Shown: positions 19,893 through 29,260 of the stretch, piece after piece | Numbering within the stretch: position 1 is the first letter of the stretch | How the letters are laid out: every line of letters begins with the position of its first letter | Source: an uncultured Ignavibacteria bacterium | GTDB lineage: Bacteria > Zixibacteria > MSB-5A5 > CAIYYT01 | Assembly (NCBI GenBank): GCA_964584025.1 | Contig: CAZOYE010000002.1 | Location: 184,090-248,089 of the forward strand | DNA length: 64,000 nucleotides | Reading direction: 5' to 3' | Translations under genes and position numbers: made by a program | The notes under the pieces: generated by a model | The model's database searches: none | Told to the model about the DNA's origin: nothing | Seen by the model: only the letters and a program-made list of their open reading frames with translations

Positions 19893-19927
19893 GACAATAC
19901 CCAGCCCTACTGCTAACATATCGAGCT
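19893..19927 (+). promoter_or_regulatory. Candidate sigma-70-type promoter for the rpmH operon.
   Basis: TTGACA, a 17-nt spacer, then TAACAT about 25 nt upstream of the rpmH ATG. Sequence-only prediction. Confidence 0.3.
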
Positions 19928-19952
19928 AAAAATTTGTTTGACTGGGAGATAA

Positions 19953-20099
19953 ATGAAGCGAACATTTCAACCATCGCGCCGGAAACGCAAGAACGATCAC
20001 GGTTTCCGCAAGCGCATGTCAACCAAGGACGGCCGCAAGGTGTTGGCGCGGCGGCGCCGCAAAGGCCGCTACAAACTAACGGTTTCCGACGAGCGATAA
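19953..20099 (+). CDS. rpmH: 50S ribosomal protein L34.
   Basis: My own translation gives [48 protein letters not shown] (48 aa), the canonical L34 sequence. It is not in the ORF track (below 60 aa). Confidence 0.92.
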   Translation: MKRTFQPSRRKRKNDHGFRKRMSTKDGRKVLARRRRKGRYKLTVSDER

Positions 20100-20121
20100 T
20101 CGATTTGGCAGGGGATTCCGC

Positions 20122-20427
20122 CTGTCTGACGAGAATCTCATCCGACAGGCTCTATACGCGGGGCGCAAGCAGGAAAACGACCTCTTGCTGCTGCGTTGCC
20201 TGCCGACTCCCGGGCAGCCAACCCGCTGGTGTTTACGCGTTCCCAAGCGCCTCGGTAACGCTCCGCAGCGAAATCGCGTTCGCAGGCTGATGCGAGAATT
20301 CATCCGCACCAATCGATCAATCTGGCCATCCGAGTGTGCACTGGTGATCTCTGCGCGCTCATCCGCAAAAACCGCCAACTTCCAACAAATCGGTCAGAAA
20401 TTGGGGGACATCCTTGCAGCTAAATAG
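20122..20427 (+). CDS. rnpA: Ribonuclease P protein component. The 5' boundary is uncertain because no canonical start codon precedes the conserved N-terminus.
   Basis: In-frame translation from about 20101 gives ...[27 protein letters not shown]...[24 protein letters not shown], which aligns to RnpA including the upstream L..E..R region. The first ATG/GTG/TTG in frame is TTG at 20185, which would delete conserved residues. A CTG at 20122 or another non-canonical start is possible. Confidence 0.7.
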   Translation: MSDENLIRQALYAGRKQENDLLLLRCLPTPGQPTRWCLRVPKRLGNAPQRNRVRRLMREFIRTNRSIWPSECALVISARSSAKTANFQQIGQKLGDILAAK

Positions 20428-20641
20428 ACTTGCCGGCAGGCTCCTGGCTCTCTTCGTCCGCGGCTATCAATTGGCAATCTCACCGGCTTTGCCCAAGGTG
20501 TGTCGTTTCTATCCCTCTTGCTCTCAATATTCCGTGGAAGCCTATCAGAAGCACGGCTTCATGAAGGGCACATCACTAACTCTCAAACGCATCGGTCGGT
20601 GCCACCCACTTCATCCCGGTGGCTACGACCCGGTGGAATAG
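20414..20641 (+). CDS. yidD: Membrane protein insertion efficiency factor YidD.
   Basis: ...[31 protein letters not shown]...[13 protein letters not shown]; overlaps the rnpA end by 14 nt, as is typical. Confidence 0.88.
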   Translation: MQLNRLAGRLLALFVRGYQLAISPALPKVCRFYPSCSQYSVEAYQKHGFMKGTSLTLKRIGRCHPLHPGGYDPVE

Positions 20642-20647
20642 AAAGCT

Positions 20648-22306
20648 ATGTTTGATCGCAACAGCGTAATCGCTATCGTCCTGATTTTCGTCATTTTCGT
20701 GGCGTGGAGCTATTTCTTTACGCCCACTCCAAGCCCCATGCCCGAACAACCTATCGCATCAGATTCGCTGTCTGGTGCCGTAGTTTCTGACACAACAAGG
20801 CCAGTAGTTCCTGTTCAACCTGCCATTGTGACACCTGATTCTGCCGTTGTGGCTCAAGATACAATCCAGATACGGTCATTCTCGGTGGAAACCGAGAAGT
20901 ACAAAGCCGTTCTCAGTAATCGTGGCGGTGGCATCGTCAAGCTCGAACTCAAGGATTATGCTCGGGGCGATGGCAAGCCGGTTGAGCTTCTCCCGGAAGA
21001 GTCCGAAGCCGTCCCGTCAATCATGTCGACCTCCAGCGGTTTCAGCGATGTCGGAATCGTCTATCGTTGCACTGCCCAGGATGAGAACCATGTCACCGGC
21101 AGCAGCTCACTCGTTGTGACCTTTGAGGCCGACCTTCCAAACCGCGGAACGATCACCAAAGAACTCACCTTCCGCTCCGACACCTACGATTTCGATGTCG
21201 TGCTCAAGGTCAACGGCGTTCAACAGATCGGGCTCGATCGCGAATACTTGCTCGCGTGGAATCCGGGAATGGTCGGTACCGAAAGCAATCTCAAGGACGA
21301 CCACAGCAATTTCAAAGGCGGTGCCCATCTCGCTGGCGAAATGCGTATTCTCGACAGCTTTGATGCCGGCAAACTCCAGGACGGCGATATCAGCGGTTCG
21401 ACAACCTGGGCTGGCGCGCGCACCAAGTACTTCTTTTATGCAATCATACCGCAGGAAGCCGAGGCCACCGGCGCCCTGTTCCGCGGGACCGAAAAAGAAC
21501 GTGTGGGAGCCAGCGGAAATTATCTCGATCGCGTGATTTCAACCGGACTGAAAGTGGCCTCCGGCGCCAATACATCAATTGTACATTCATTCAAGATCTT
21601 CGCGGGCCCGTTGGACTATCAACTGATCAAGAACTACAACATCGGTCTGCAGGACTTCATCAACTGGGGCTGGAAGATCATCAAGCCGTTTTCGCTGGCA
21701 ATCTACTGGGTGACTCACCAATTAGGCCATCTCATTCCTAACTATGGCATCGTGATCATCATCATCGCATTCCTGCTTAAGCTGATTACCTATCCGCTGA
21801 CTCGCAAATCGCTCAAATCGATGCAGGCGATGAAGAATCTCGCGCCGAAAATGGAAGAGCTGAAAGCCAAGTATAAGAGCGACCCGCAAAAGCTTAATCA
21901 GGCGATGATGAAGCTCTACAAGGATGAAGGCGTCAATCCCTTCTCCGGCTGTCTGCTGCTGTTGCCGCAGATGCCGCTGCTATACGGGCTTTACACAGTA
22001 TTCAGCTCGACGATTCTGCTGCGCCAGGCCTACTTCATACCGCCGTGGTCGGATTTGTCGCAACCGGACGCCTACTACATCATGCCCGTCCTGATGGTTG
22101 TAGCGATGTTCTTCCAGCAAAAGATGACCATGACCGACCCTAAGCAGAAATACATGGTCTACCTGTTCCCGGCGATCTTCTTCTTCTTCATGTTCGGTTT
22201 GCCGGTCGGACTGGTGCTGTACTGGACGGTCTATTCCGTGCTGTCGATCGCTGAGCAGCTTTACATCAAGCGCACGTCGACGCCGCTGAATCCTCAAGTG
22301 CGATGA
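20648..22306 (+). CDS. yidC: Membrane protein insertase YidC.
   Basis: N-terminal TM, large periplasmic domain, and the conserved C-terminal 5-TM core (...ITYPLTRKSLKSMQAMKNLAPKMEELKAKY...). Confidence 0.92.
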   Translation: MFDRNSVIAIVLIFVIFVAWSYFFTPTPSPMPEQPIASDSLSGAVVSDTTRPVVPVQPAIVTPDSAVVAQDTIQIRSFSVETEKYKAVLSNRGGGIVKLELKDYARGDGKPVELLPEESEAVPSIMSTSSGFSDVGIVYRCTAQDENHVTGSSSLVVTFEADLPNRGTITKELTFRSDTYDFDVVLKVNGVQQIGLDREYLLAWNPGMVGTESNLKDDHSNFKGGAHLAGEMRILDSFDAGKLQDGDISGSTTWAGARTKYFFYAIIPQEAEATGALFRGTEKERVGASGNYLDRVISTGLKVASGANTSIVHSFKIFAGPLDYQLIKNYNIGLQDFINWGWKIIKPFSLAIYWVTHQLGHLIPNYGIVIIIIAFLLKLITYPLTRKSLKSMQAMKNLAPKMEELKAKYKSDPQKLNQAMMKLYKDEGVNPFSGCLLLLPQMPLLYGLYTVFSSTILLRQAYFIPPWSDLSQPDAYYIMPVLMVVAMFFQQKMTMTDPKQKYMVYLFPAIFFFFMFGLPVGLVLYWTVYSVLSIAEQLYIKRTSTPLNPQVR

Positions 22307-23694
22307 TTCTGCCCAACAGCGGCGACACCATCGTCGCGATCGCAACCCCTCCGGGGTACGGCGGCATTGGCGTGATTCGCATTTCCGGAGCTCGCGCTTT
22401 CAGCGTAGCTTCACAGCTCGTTATTGAACAGCTTGATTTTTCCCAACTCAAATCGCACACCATCCATCACTGTTTTCTCCGCGAGTCAAATCGCCGTCCG
22501 ATTACGGATGAAGTAGTTCTTGCGATCTTCCGCGCGCCGCGCAGCTACACTGGTGAAGATGTTATCGAGATTTCCGCCCACGGCAATCCCCAGATCCTCA
22601 GCCAAATTGTTGAGATGGCGATCAATGCCGGTTGTCGGCAAGCAGCCCCGGGTGAGTTCACCTTGCGCGCCTTTCAAAACGGCCGACTCGACCTGCTTCA
22701 GGCCGAGGCCGTGGCCGACCTGATCGCCGCCGAAGGTACCGCCTTCCAGCGGACGGCCATGTATCAACTTTCAGGGAAACTCTCAGAGTTCATCGGCGAT
22801 TTGCGCAACGAATTGGTGGAGATTGCCGCGCTCTTCGAGGCCTACACCGATTTCCCCGACGAAGAAATACCGCAGCAGGAGAAATCAGAACTCCTGAGCA
22901 AGATTGATGCTGCCACCAGCCGTCTCAACCGACTGGCCGAAAGCTACGGCCGCGGAGCGATTCTCCGCGATGGCATCCAGATTCCCATCGTCGGTCCGCC
23001 CAATGCCGGGAAGTCTTCGCTCTTCAATGCGATTCTTGCCGAAGAACGCGCGATCGTCACGGAGATTCCCGGAACGACGCGCGATACAATCGCCGAGAAG
23101 ATCGAGATCGAAGGCATCATCGTGCGTTTCGTCGATACGGCCGGCGTGCGTGAAACCAGCGACCAAATCGAGGCTCTGGGCGTCGAGCGCTCGCGCCGTG
23201 AAATTGCCGGCGCGGACTTGGTTATTGCGGTCTTCGATGCTGCGAAAACTTCGATAGCGAGTATCCGGGAGTTTGTTGCTGCCTTTGAAGACAAGAACGT
23301 CGTGCTCACGCTTAACAAAACCGATCTACTGACGAGCGAGCAAATCGCGAGTCTGGACGCCGAGTTTCAGACGCTTGAGCCCTCTTTCGTTTCCGCAAAA
23401 CGACTCGAAGGAATCAGCGAACTACTCACGCGAATCGCAAGTTCAATCAAGTCCGCTGTCGCGCCGACAATCTCCGAGCCGAACCTTCTCACCAATCAGC
23501 GGCACCATCGTTGCGTTGTAAGCGCGGCCCAGTCCTTGCAAGAGGTGCGCTCCAAGCTGGAAAACAACGAGAGCTTCGAACTTCTGGCCTTCGATCTGCG
23601 GCAAGCGATCGAAGCGCTCGAAGAGATTCTCGGCCGCGTCACCAACGAAGACCTTCTCGCCGAAATCTTCTCACGCTTCTGCATCGGAAAGTAG
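22303..23694 (+). CDS. mnmE: tRNA modification GTPase MnmE (TrmE).
   Basis: N-terminal TIAAIATPPG motif, G-domain GPPNAGKSSLFNA...DTAG, C-terminal CIGK. 4-nt overlap with yidC. Confidence 0.93.
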   Translation: MILPNSGDTIVAIATPPGYGGIGVIRISGARAFSVASQLVIEQLDFSQLKSHTIHHCFLRESNRRPITDEVVLAIFRAPRSYTGEDVIEISAHGNPQILSQIVEMAINAGCRQAAPGEFTLRAFQNGRLDLLQAEAVADLIAAEGTAFQRTAMYQLSGKLSEFIGDLRNELVEIAALFEAYTDFPDEEIPQQEKSELLSKIDAATSRLNRLAESYGRGAILRDGIQIPIVGPPNAGKSSLFNAILAEERAIVTEIPGTTRDTIAEKIEIEGIIVRFVDTAGVRETSDQIEALGVERSRREIAGADLVIAVFDAAKTSIASIREFVAAFEDKNVVLTLNKTDLLTSEQIASLDAEFQTLEPSFVSAKRLEGISELLTRIASSIKSAVAPTISEPNLLTNQRHHRCVVSAAQSLQEVRSKLENNESFELLAFDLRQAIEALEEILGRVTNEDLLAEIFSRFCIGK

Positions 23695-23734
23695 GCTACA
23701 ATCTCCTATCCATCTACCGAATGGAGCGAATCCG

Positions 23735-24889
23735 TCACTGAGCTACACAGATATAGCTAAACGAAACTGGAGAAGTGACGGGAAGGCCGGAATGAATCTT
23801 GAAAAACCCAGTTCCCGTTTCGACCCAGTATCTTTGCGCTGCAACTGTGGCCGAATTAGTGTAAACCGTGTGGGGAGGTTGCGCCGCGGTGGATGTTGTA
23901 AAATTTGACTGTGCATACCTGAAGCAAACTATCGTGTTGGTGCCCGCGTCCAAAGTAGTCACAATTGGGACGCCGTGTGTGTGAGTCGAATTCGTGGCAG
24001 CTGGATCGTCTTGTCGAGGAGTAATGCATACAATTGATCCGATTGAAAATCTTGCGTCAACGATTCTGATTGTGTCAAGACCCGCCGGAATAGTTGCAAT
24101 ACCACCAATTATCGTCCCCTGAGTGGTCGACGCTGTCGTCTGCATCGTCCCATCCGGAAATTTGAACCCGCCGGAAGTGGAGTGAATGATGCCTGAAACT
24201 TGCAGCGGGCTTGTGGGACTGGCAGTTCCGATACCTACATTTCCGATGTCCGTGATTGACCCGGTCACAAGGGAACTCCCATCCCATTTGGGTATCCGAT
24301 TTAGCGCATTTGCTCCGACTTGCGGATCGTCTTCAGTCGGCGAACCAGCCACCCAAGCAGTTCCGTTCCAGACGATTACCTGTCCCGGCTCAGCGCCGCC
24401 TGGCGCAAGATTGCCGAGCGACACGCTTCCAGGAATGATACTTGTCGAGTCGACCGAGTTTTCGGCAGGCGCAAGTGCAATATTGGTAGTGTCGGCGAAC
24501 TTTGCTCTTCGAGCAAATGGCACGGAGATGAGTCTGGTCCTCGGGGAGATCTCCGGGTCGGTACCGACACGAATTCCGATGTACAAGGGCGTTGTGCTCT
24601 CAAAGAGGTCCACGGGAAGAGAAACCGAATCACCAATGACGAAATCAAATAAACCGCCGACGACAACCACTTCCCGAAATCCGCTCGTCCATAGTCGATT
24701 TGACGGCGAACTGGACACCTGATCGTTCCAGATCGAAAATGTAATAATGTAAGTACCGTCACTGACGGATGCACCCGATGCCGTTGTTAAGCGCCCCTGG
24801 TAGTTGATGAGGTTTGGTACGTCGCCAAATGAGGATTGCCAGGCGAATAGTGCGCTGGCGCAGATCAAAATCAAAGCAGCGGCCTTCAT
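23735..24889 (-). CDS. Secreted hypothetical protein, paralog A of a pair sharing an N-terminal I(N/S)YQGRLT module.
   Basis: Start moved to the ATG at 24887-24889 (MKAAALILICASALFA signal peptide, AAGGA RBS). The N-terminus VPNLINYQGRLTTASGASVSDGTYIITFSIW...GLFDFVIGDSVSLPVDLFE...YIGIRVGTDPEISPRT is homologous to 24982..25950. Confidence 0.6.
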   Translation of the reverse strand: MKAAALILICASALFAWQSSFGDVPNLINYQGRLTTASGASVSDGTYIITFSIWNDQVSSSPSNRLWTSGFREVVVVGGLFDFVIGDSVSLPVDLFESTTPLYIGIRVGTDPEISPRTRLISVPFARRAKFADTTNIALAPAENSVDSTSIIPGSVSLGNLAPGGAEPGQVIVWNGTAWVAGSPTEDDPQVGANALNRIPKWDGSSLVTGSITDIGNVGIGTASPTSPLQVSGIIHSTSGGFKFPDGTMQTTASTTQGTIIGGIATIPAGLDTIRIVDARFSIGSIVCITPRQDDPAATNSTHTHGVPIVTTLDAGTNTIVCFRYAQSNFTTSTAAQPPHTVYTNSATVAAQRYWVETGTGFFKIHSGLPVTSPVSFSYICVAQ

Positions 24890-24981
24890 CTCATTGTCCT
24901 TTCTGCACACGGGATAATACACAAAGCCCGCAGTTATCAAGTCCCACAAGTGTCGAACTCACTGAGAATCTGTGTCAAGTG

Positions 24982-25950
24982 TCATATGCCGAATAAGTCC
25001 GATCGTGACAAGACTGCAGCCGCACTTGCCGAACCAGTCGTTGCCACCTTCATGAGTAGAATTACATTGAATCCATTCGCCATCTCTTGGGCGGTGGGCT
25101 CATAACAGAATGCAATAGTCCGGCGACCAGAAGTCCCGATTACGGGAGACGTGCCAGAGTTCCCAACCTGGTCGTAATAGTCAGAGAATTTTGGTGTCTC
25201 GTTACCTGACTGACCGATACGAATCTCGAGGTATGCGATCGCCGAGCCACCGGTAGTGCTCAACGAAGCACCAGCCAACAATTGCACCATGACAAATTGC
25301 CTTACGTGATTCGGTGGGACAGCAAGAGTCTGCCCCATTTGCACGAAAACTGTGCTTGACGTGATGGTTTGCATGGAGTCGAAGGCGATTCTATGATACG
25401 ATACCGGTGCGCTGACGTAGCCAGCAGTATCGGCATAGACTGCGTGTGAAGCTGAGTCAGCGCGGATTGACTGCAAGGCCACATCAGCCGAATCAGCATT
25501 TCGCGAGGAGATTGCAAATGTCGTAGTATCTGCTCGGTTTGCCAATGTCGCAACATCGGCTCTCAACGCTTGATAAGCGTATGCAACCGAAGTAAACGAA
25601 GTGCGAGGTACGACTTCTGGGTCAGTTCCAACCTTGATGCCGAGATAACGGACAGTATCGCCTGAGAACAAATCACTCGGGAGCGGCGGCATCGGCGCGG
25701 CTCCGAGCTTCACGTCGAAGAGTCCGTCACTTACAGGCACCGTCTGATAGTCGCAACTCCAGAGCGCAGTGCCCGAAGAGAGCGCATCGTAGATAGCGAA
25801 CTTAATCAAGTAATTGCCGTTGGCAACGGGTACGCCCGAGGTAGTTAGTCGTCCCTGATAGCTAATGATCTGCGGTACAGCAGCTGTGACTGCAAGTGTC
25901 ACCGATACTACGGTGAGTACTGTCATAATCAATAAGACCCGAATCGACAT
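24982..25950 (-). CDS. Secreted hypothetical protein, paralog B of the pair.
   Basis: Start at ATG 25948-25950 (MSIRVLLIMTVLTVVSVTLAVTAA, GAGGA RBS). VPQIISYQGRLTTSGVPVANGNYLIKFAIY...GLFDVKLGAAPMPPLPSDLF...YLGIKVGTDPEVVPRT matches paralog A. Confidence 0.6.
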   Translation of the reverse strand: MSIRVLLIMTVLTVVSVTLAVTAAVPQIISYQGRLTTSGVPVANGNYLIKFAIYDALSSGTALWSCDYQTVPVSDGLFDVKLGAAPMPPLPSDLFSGDTVRYLGIKVGTDPEVVPRTSFTSVAYAYQALRADVATLANRADTTTFAISSRNADSADVALQSIRADSASHAVYADTAGYVSAPVSYHRIAFDSMQTITSSTVFVQMGQTLAVPPNHVRQFVMVQLLAGASLSTTGGSAIAYLEIRIGQSGNETPKFSDYYDQVGNSGTSPVIGTSGRRTIAFCYEPTAQEMANGFNVILLMKVATTGSASAAAVLSRSDLFGI

Positions 25951-25985
25951 GTCATTCCTCATTCTTTCGTAAATCTCACACACGA

Positions 25986-26471
25986 CTAATCAGCTGCGGG
26001 ACAATGTGGCGCTGGCCCGCCACCGAAGATGAAAGTAATCAAGTAGACGGCATCAGAGATGGTGATGATGCTATTTCCGTCGGCATCTCCGAGGCACAAC
26101 GGACTTGGCACTGGTCCGCCTGCGAATATGTAAGTGATCAGAAACACGGCGTCGGAAATCGTGAAAATACCACTGCCATCAGCATCACCACACTTACACG
26201 GCGCAGTGAAACTCTGCCAGTAGCCATGCCTCACGGAGTAGCTCACTGTCGTTCCGTGGCCAGTTGCGGTCTGCCCAATCGTTCCGGACAAGCCAAAGTT
26301 TGTCGAGCTTCCCCGTGATCCTCCAGCGGCGATCACCTGCCATTTGATCTGCTCGTTCGTTGCAACTTCTGCAACTGTCCCCGGCAGTTCTCCACTCAAA
26401 GCGGTCGACAGCAAACAGAAAACGGCGAAAGTGGTCAATCCAGCTAAGTCACGCCAAGTACTCCTTCGCAC
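25986..26471 (-). CDS. Small secreted protein with two Cys-framed dockerin-like repeats (copy 1 of 2 in this window).
   Basis: GTG start with GGAGAGGAG RBS; signal peptide; EQIKWQVIAAGGS...STNFGLSGTIGQTATG module; then CKCGDADGSGIFTISDAVFLITYIFAGGPVP...CLGDADGNSIITISDAVYLITFIFGGGPAPHCP. Its stop abuts the start of the 24982..25950 gene. Confidence 0.6.
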   Translation of the reverse strand: MRRSTWRDLAGLTTFAVFCLLSTALSGELPGTVAEVATNEQIKWQVIAAGGSRGSSTNFGLSGTIGQTATGHGTTVSYSVRHGYWQSFTAPCKCGDADGSGIFTISDAVFLITYIFAGGPVPSPLCLGDADGNSIITISDAVYLITFIFGGGPAPHCPAAD

Positions 26472-26687
26472 ACTCTGCTCCTCTCCAAAGTTGAGATCTC
26501 AATCAAGAAGTTGACTTGATTGTCACTCCCACATAGGCGCGAAAATCAGAATTTGTAAGAAAATGGGTACATATGTCTTCGAGCTCCTGCCTGATTGCGC
26601 AAAGCTCTTGATGTCGGTCGCGAGACGACCGCACTGCGATTTCACCCTTGCAACCGCCCGGTCAGCCACGTATTTTCTGAAGCTCAT

Positions 26688-28547
26688 ATGCGCGATTACG
26701 AAGTCATAGTCATTGGCGGCGGTCATGCCGGTATCGAAGCGGCCTGCGCTACGGCTCGCATGGGGCTGGCGACGGCTTTGATCTCCGGCGACCTCAAGAA
26801 GATCGGCGAGATGTCGTGCAATCCGGCGATTGGTGGCACCGGAAAGGGCCAGTTGGTTCGTGAAGTTGATGCCCTTGGCGGGGTTATGGGGTATATTACC
26901 GATAACACCGGTATCCATTTCCGCACTCTCAATAAGAGCAAAGGCCCAGCAGTGTGGTCGTCGCGGGCGCAATGTGACCGCAAGCTCTATCGTGAATTTG
27001 TGCAGAAGGTTATGTCGGATACGCCAAATCTGACTCTCGTCGAAGGCATGGCAGTCGGCATAATCGCCAACGGCAATGATTTCGATCGCGTTGTGCTTGC
27101 TGATGGTCGCGAAATCCGAGCTGCGGCTTGCATCATGGCCTCGGGGACTTTCCTTAACGGATTGATTCATATTGGCGAAGAGCAGATACCCGCCGGCCGG
27201 GTCAACGAGGCGCCGTCGCTTCACCTCTCTGAGTCGCTGCAAAATCTGGGATTCGAGACTGGCCGTCTCAAGACCGGAACACCACCGCGCCTCGAGGGCG
27301 ACACCATTGATTATGCCCGGCTGGAACCCCAGCCCGGAGACGAAGTCTTCCGGCCGTTTTCGCTCAGAACGACCTCCGAAGTTCGGAACAAGGCGCTTTG
27401 CCACATTACGTACACGACAGCAGAGACACATCGAGTTATCGAGGATAACCTGCACCGCTCGGCAATGTTCTCCGGTAACATTCAAGGCGTCGGCCCGCGC
27501 TATTGCCCGTCTATCGAAGACAAGATCTATCGCTTCCGCGACAAAGATCGCCACCAGCTCTTCATTGAGCCGGAGGGACTGGATACAACCGAGATCTACA
27601 TAAATGGCCTTTCAACGTCACTACCGGCAGAGGTCCAGCTCGAAATTCTCCATTCGATTCCCGGACTTGAAAATGTCGTCATGAAGCGCCCGGGATACGC
27701 GATTGAGTACGATTTCTTCCCGGCCTTTCAGATCAAGCCGACTCTCGAGACGCGCGTTATCAACAACCTCTACTTCTGCGGCCAAATCAATGGCACTTCA
27801 GGCTATGAAGAAGCGGCCGCGCAGGGCTTGGTTGCTGGCATCAATGCGGTTCAGAAGCTACGCGGCAAGGAGCCGTTTATTTTGGATCGTTCGGAAGCCT
27901 ATATTGGCGTTATGATTGACGACTTGGTGACGCGCGTCCCGACAGAACCCTACCGGATGTTTACTTCGAGGGCTGAGTACCGTCTCGCTTTGCGGGAGGA
28001 TAATGCACCAGATCGTCTGCTGAAGTACGGGCTGAAGTTCGGCCTGGTCTCTGACGAAGTCCAGAAGCGCTTTCTGGCCAGACGCAGGGCTGTGGATGTC
28101 GAAAAGAGCAGGCTCAACCGGACACTGATTCCTGTCTCCTGGGTTGATCCTAACGCCAACGGGGATAAGATTCATATGGGGGTCTTGCTGCGTCGCCCGG
28201 GACTCAGCTACAGAGACTTCGGTAAGTTCGATGAAGGTTGCGCTTCAATGCCGCTCGAAATCGCGGAGCAGGTCGAGATTGAAATCAAGTACGCCGGATA
28301 CCTAGAGAAGCAGGATCGCGAAATTGAGCGCTTTCGCCAGCTCGAGTCCAAGAAGATTCCGGAGAGCTTTGACGTAAACCGCGTAAATGGCCTCAAAAAA
28401 GAGGCCGTGCAAGTTCTCCACAAATATCGTCCGGTAAACCTGGGGCAAGCCTCGCGACTGGCCGGGATCACATACAGCGATATTACTGTGCTAATGATTC
28501 ACTTAAAGCGTCATGCAGAGACCAGTGTTTCACGTGAAACATCGTGA
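26688..28547 (+). CDS. mnmG: tRNA uridine 5-carboxymethylaminomethyl modification enzyme MnmG (GidA).
   Basis: MRDYEVIVIGGGHAGIEAA...; full-length GidA. Start moved to the ATG at 26688 (the track's 31-aa N-terminal extension lacks homology). Confidence 0.95.
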   Translation: MRDYEVIVIGGGHAGIEAACATARMGLATALISGDLKKIGEMSCNPAIGGTGKGQLVREVDALGGVMGYITDNTGIHFRTLNKSKGPAVWSSRAQCDRKLYREFVQKVMSDTPNLTLVEGMAVGIIANGNDFDRVVLADGREIRAAACIMASGTFLNGLIHIGEEQIPAGRVNEAPSLHLSESLQNLGFETGRLKTGTPPRLEGDTIDYARLEPQPGDEVFRPFSLRTTSEVRNKALCHITYTTAETHRVIEDNLHRSAMFSGNIQGVGPRYCPSIEDKIYRFRDKDRHQLFIEPEGLDTTEIYINGLSTSLPAEVQLEILHSIPGLENVVMKRPGYAIEYDFFPAFQIKPTLETRVINNLYFCGQINGTSGYEEAAAQGLVAGINAVQKLRGKEPFILDRSEAYIGVMIDDLVTRVPTEPYRMFTSRAEYRLALREDNAPDRLLKYGLKFGLVSDEVQKRFLARRRAVDVEKSRLNRTLIPVSWVDPNANGDKIHMGVLLRRPGLSYRDFGKFDEGCASMPLEIAEQVEIEIKYAGYLEKQDREIERFRQLESKKIPESFDVNRVNGLKKEAVQVLHKYRPVNLGQASRLAGITYSDITVLMIHLKRHAETSVSRETS

Positions 28548-29212
28548 TGGAGACCGCAGCACAAATCAAGAAACTGCTTTCTGAAATCAATTCAGAATAT
28601 GCTGATTCTGCATCGGGTCTCTTGACCTCCTTTGCCACGCATCTTCTGCAAGCCAACCAGAAATTCAATCTGGTCTCCCGTACAAACACACCAGCCCTCA
28701 TCCAAAGCCTGATTCTTGACAGCCTGACTCTCATGACGGTCGTGAAATATGAACCAAACATAAGACTACTTGATATCGGCTCTGGTGCAGGATTCCCCGG
28801 GTTGGTGCAGAAAATCGTGCGACCTGACCTGACTCTGGTCAGCGTGGACTCCAATAAGAAGAAGATCGAATTTCAAAGATCGGTTGCATCGCTCTTGTCC
28901 CTGGACAAGTGCCAGTTCAAAGCCGACCGAATCGAGAGCGTCACGCTTGAGCCGGCAGACTATGCAGTCGCAAAAGGACTGGCTTCGATCGGGCAGATTT
29001 GCCGCTGGTCGAGGCCGCACCTCAAGGGTGGTGGCATTCTGATCCTTCCCAGGGGACTTGACGAGCCGTTCACGCCTGAGTTGATTGCCGATGGCTTTAC
29101 ACTCCTAAGGCGCGAGGAGTACTCCGCAGGCCACGGGGGCAGATCTGCTGTGGTTCTGCTCTCCCGAATCGCTGAGCCGCACTCCCCGTGGGTAATCAGC
29201 CAGGACAATTAG
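28544..29212 (+). CDS. rsmG: 16S rRNA (guanine527-N7)-methyltransferase RsmG (GidB).
   Basis: ...RLLDIGSGAGFPGL...; 4-nt overlap with mnmG; classic gidA-gidB pair. Confidence 0.9.
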   Translation: MMETAAQIKKLLSEINSEYADSASGLLTSFATHLLQANQKFNLVSRTNTPALIQSLILDSLTLMTVVKYEPNIRLLDIGSGAGFPGLVQKIVRPDLTLVSVDSNKKKIEFQRSVASLLSLDKCQFKADRIESVTLEPADYAVAKGLASIGQICRWSRPHLKGGGILILPRGLDEPFTPELIADGFTLLRREEYSAGHGGRSAVVLLSRIAEPHSPWVISQDN

Positions 29213-29260
29213 CCGAATCATCGCCGCAGTCGTACTTTCCTTCAAGTTTTTATTGCGCAA

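Noticed and set aside
26515-26535. 12-mer tgtcactcccac shared upstream of two dockerin-protein genes (26521-26532 and 37059-37070), considered as a possible common promoter or operator.
   Set aside because: Exact 12-mer coincidences are expected many times by chance in 64 kb. The contexts differ (about 60 nt versus about 10 nt from the start codon), and the third and fourth dockerin genes lack it. Kept only as a weak note.
26523-27554. 343-aa antisense ORF overlapping mnmG.
   Set aside because: mnmG (GidA) homology is unambiguous on the plus strand across this interval. The minus-strand ORF is a GC-skew artefact.
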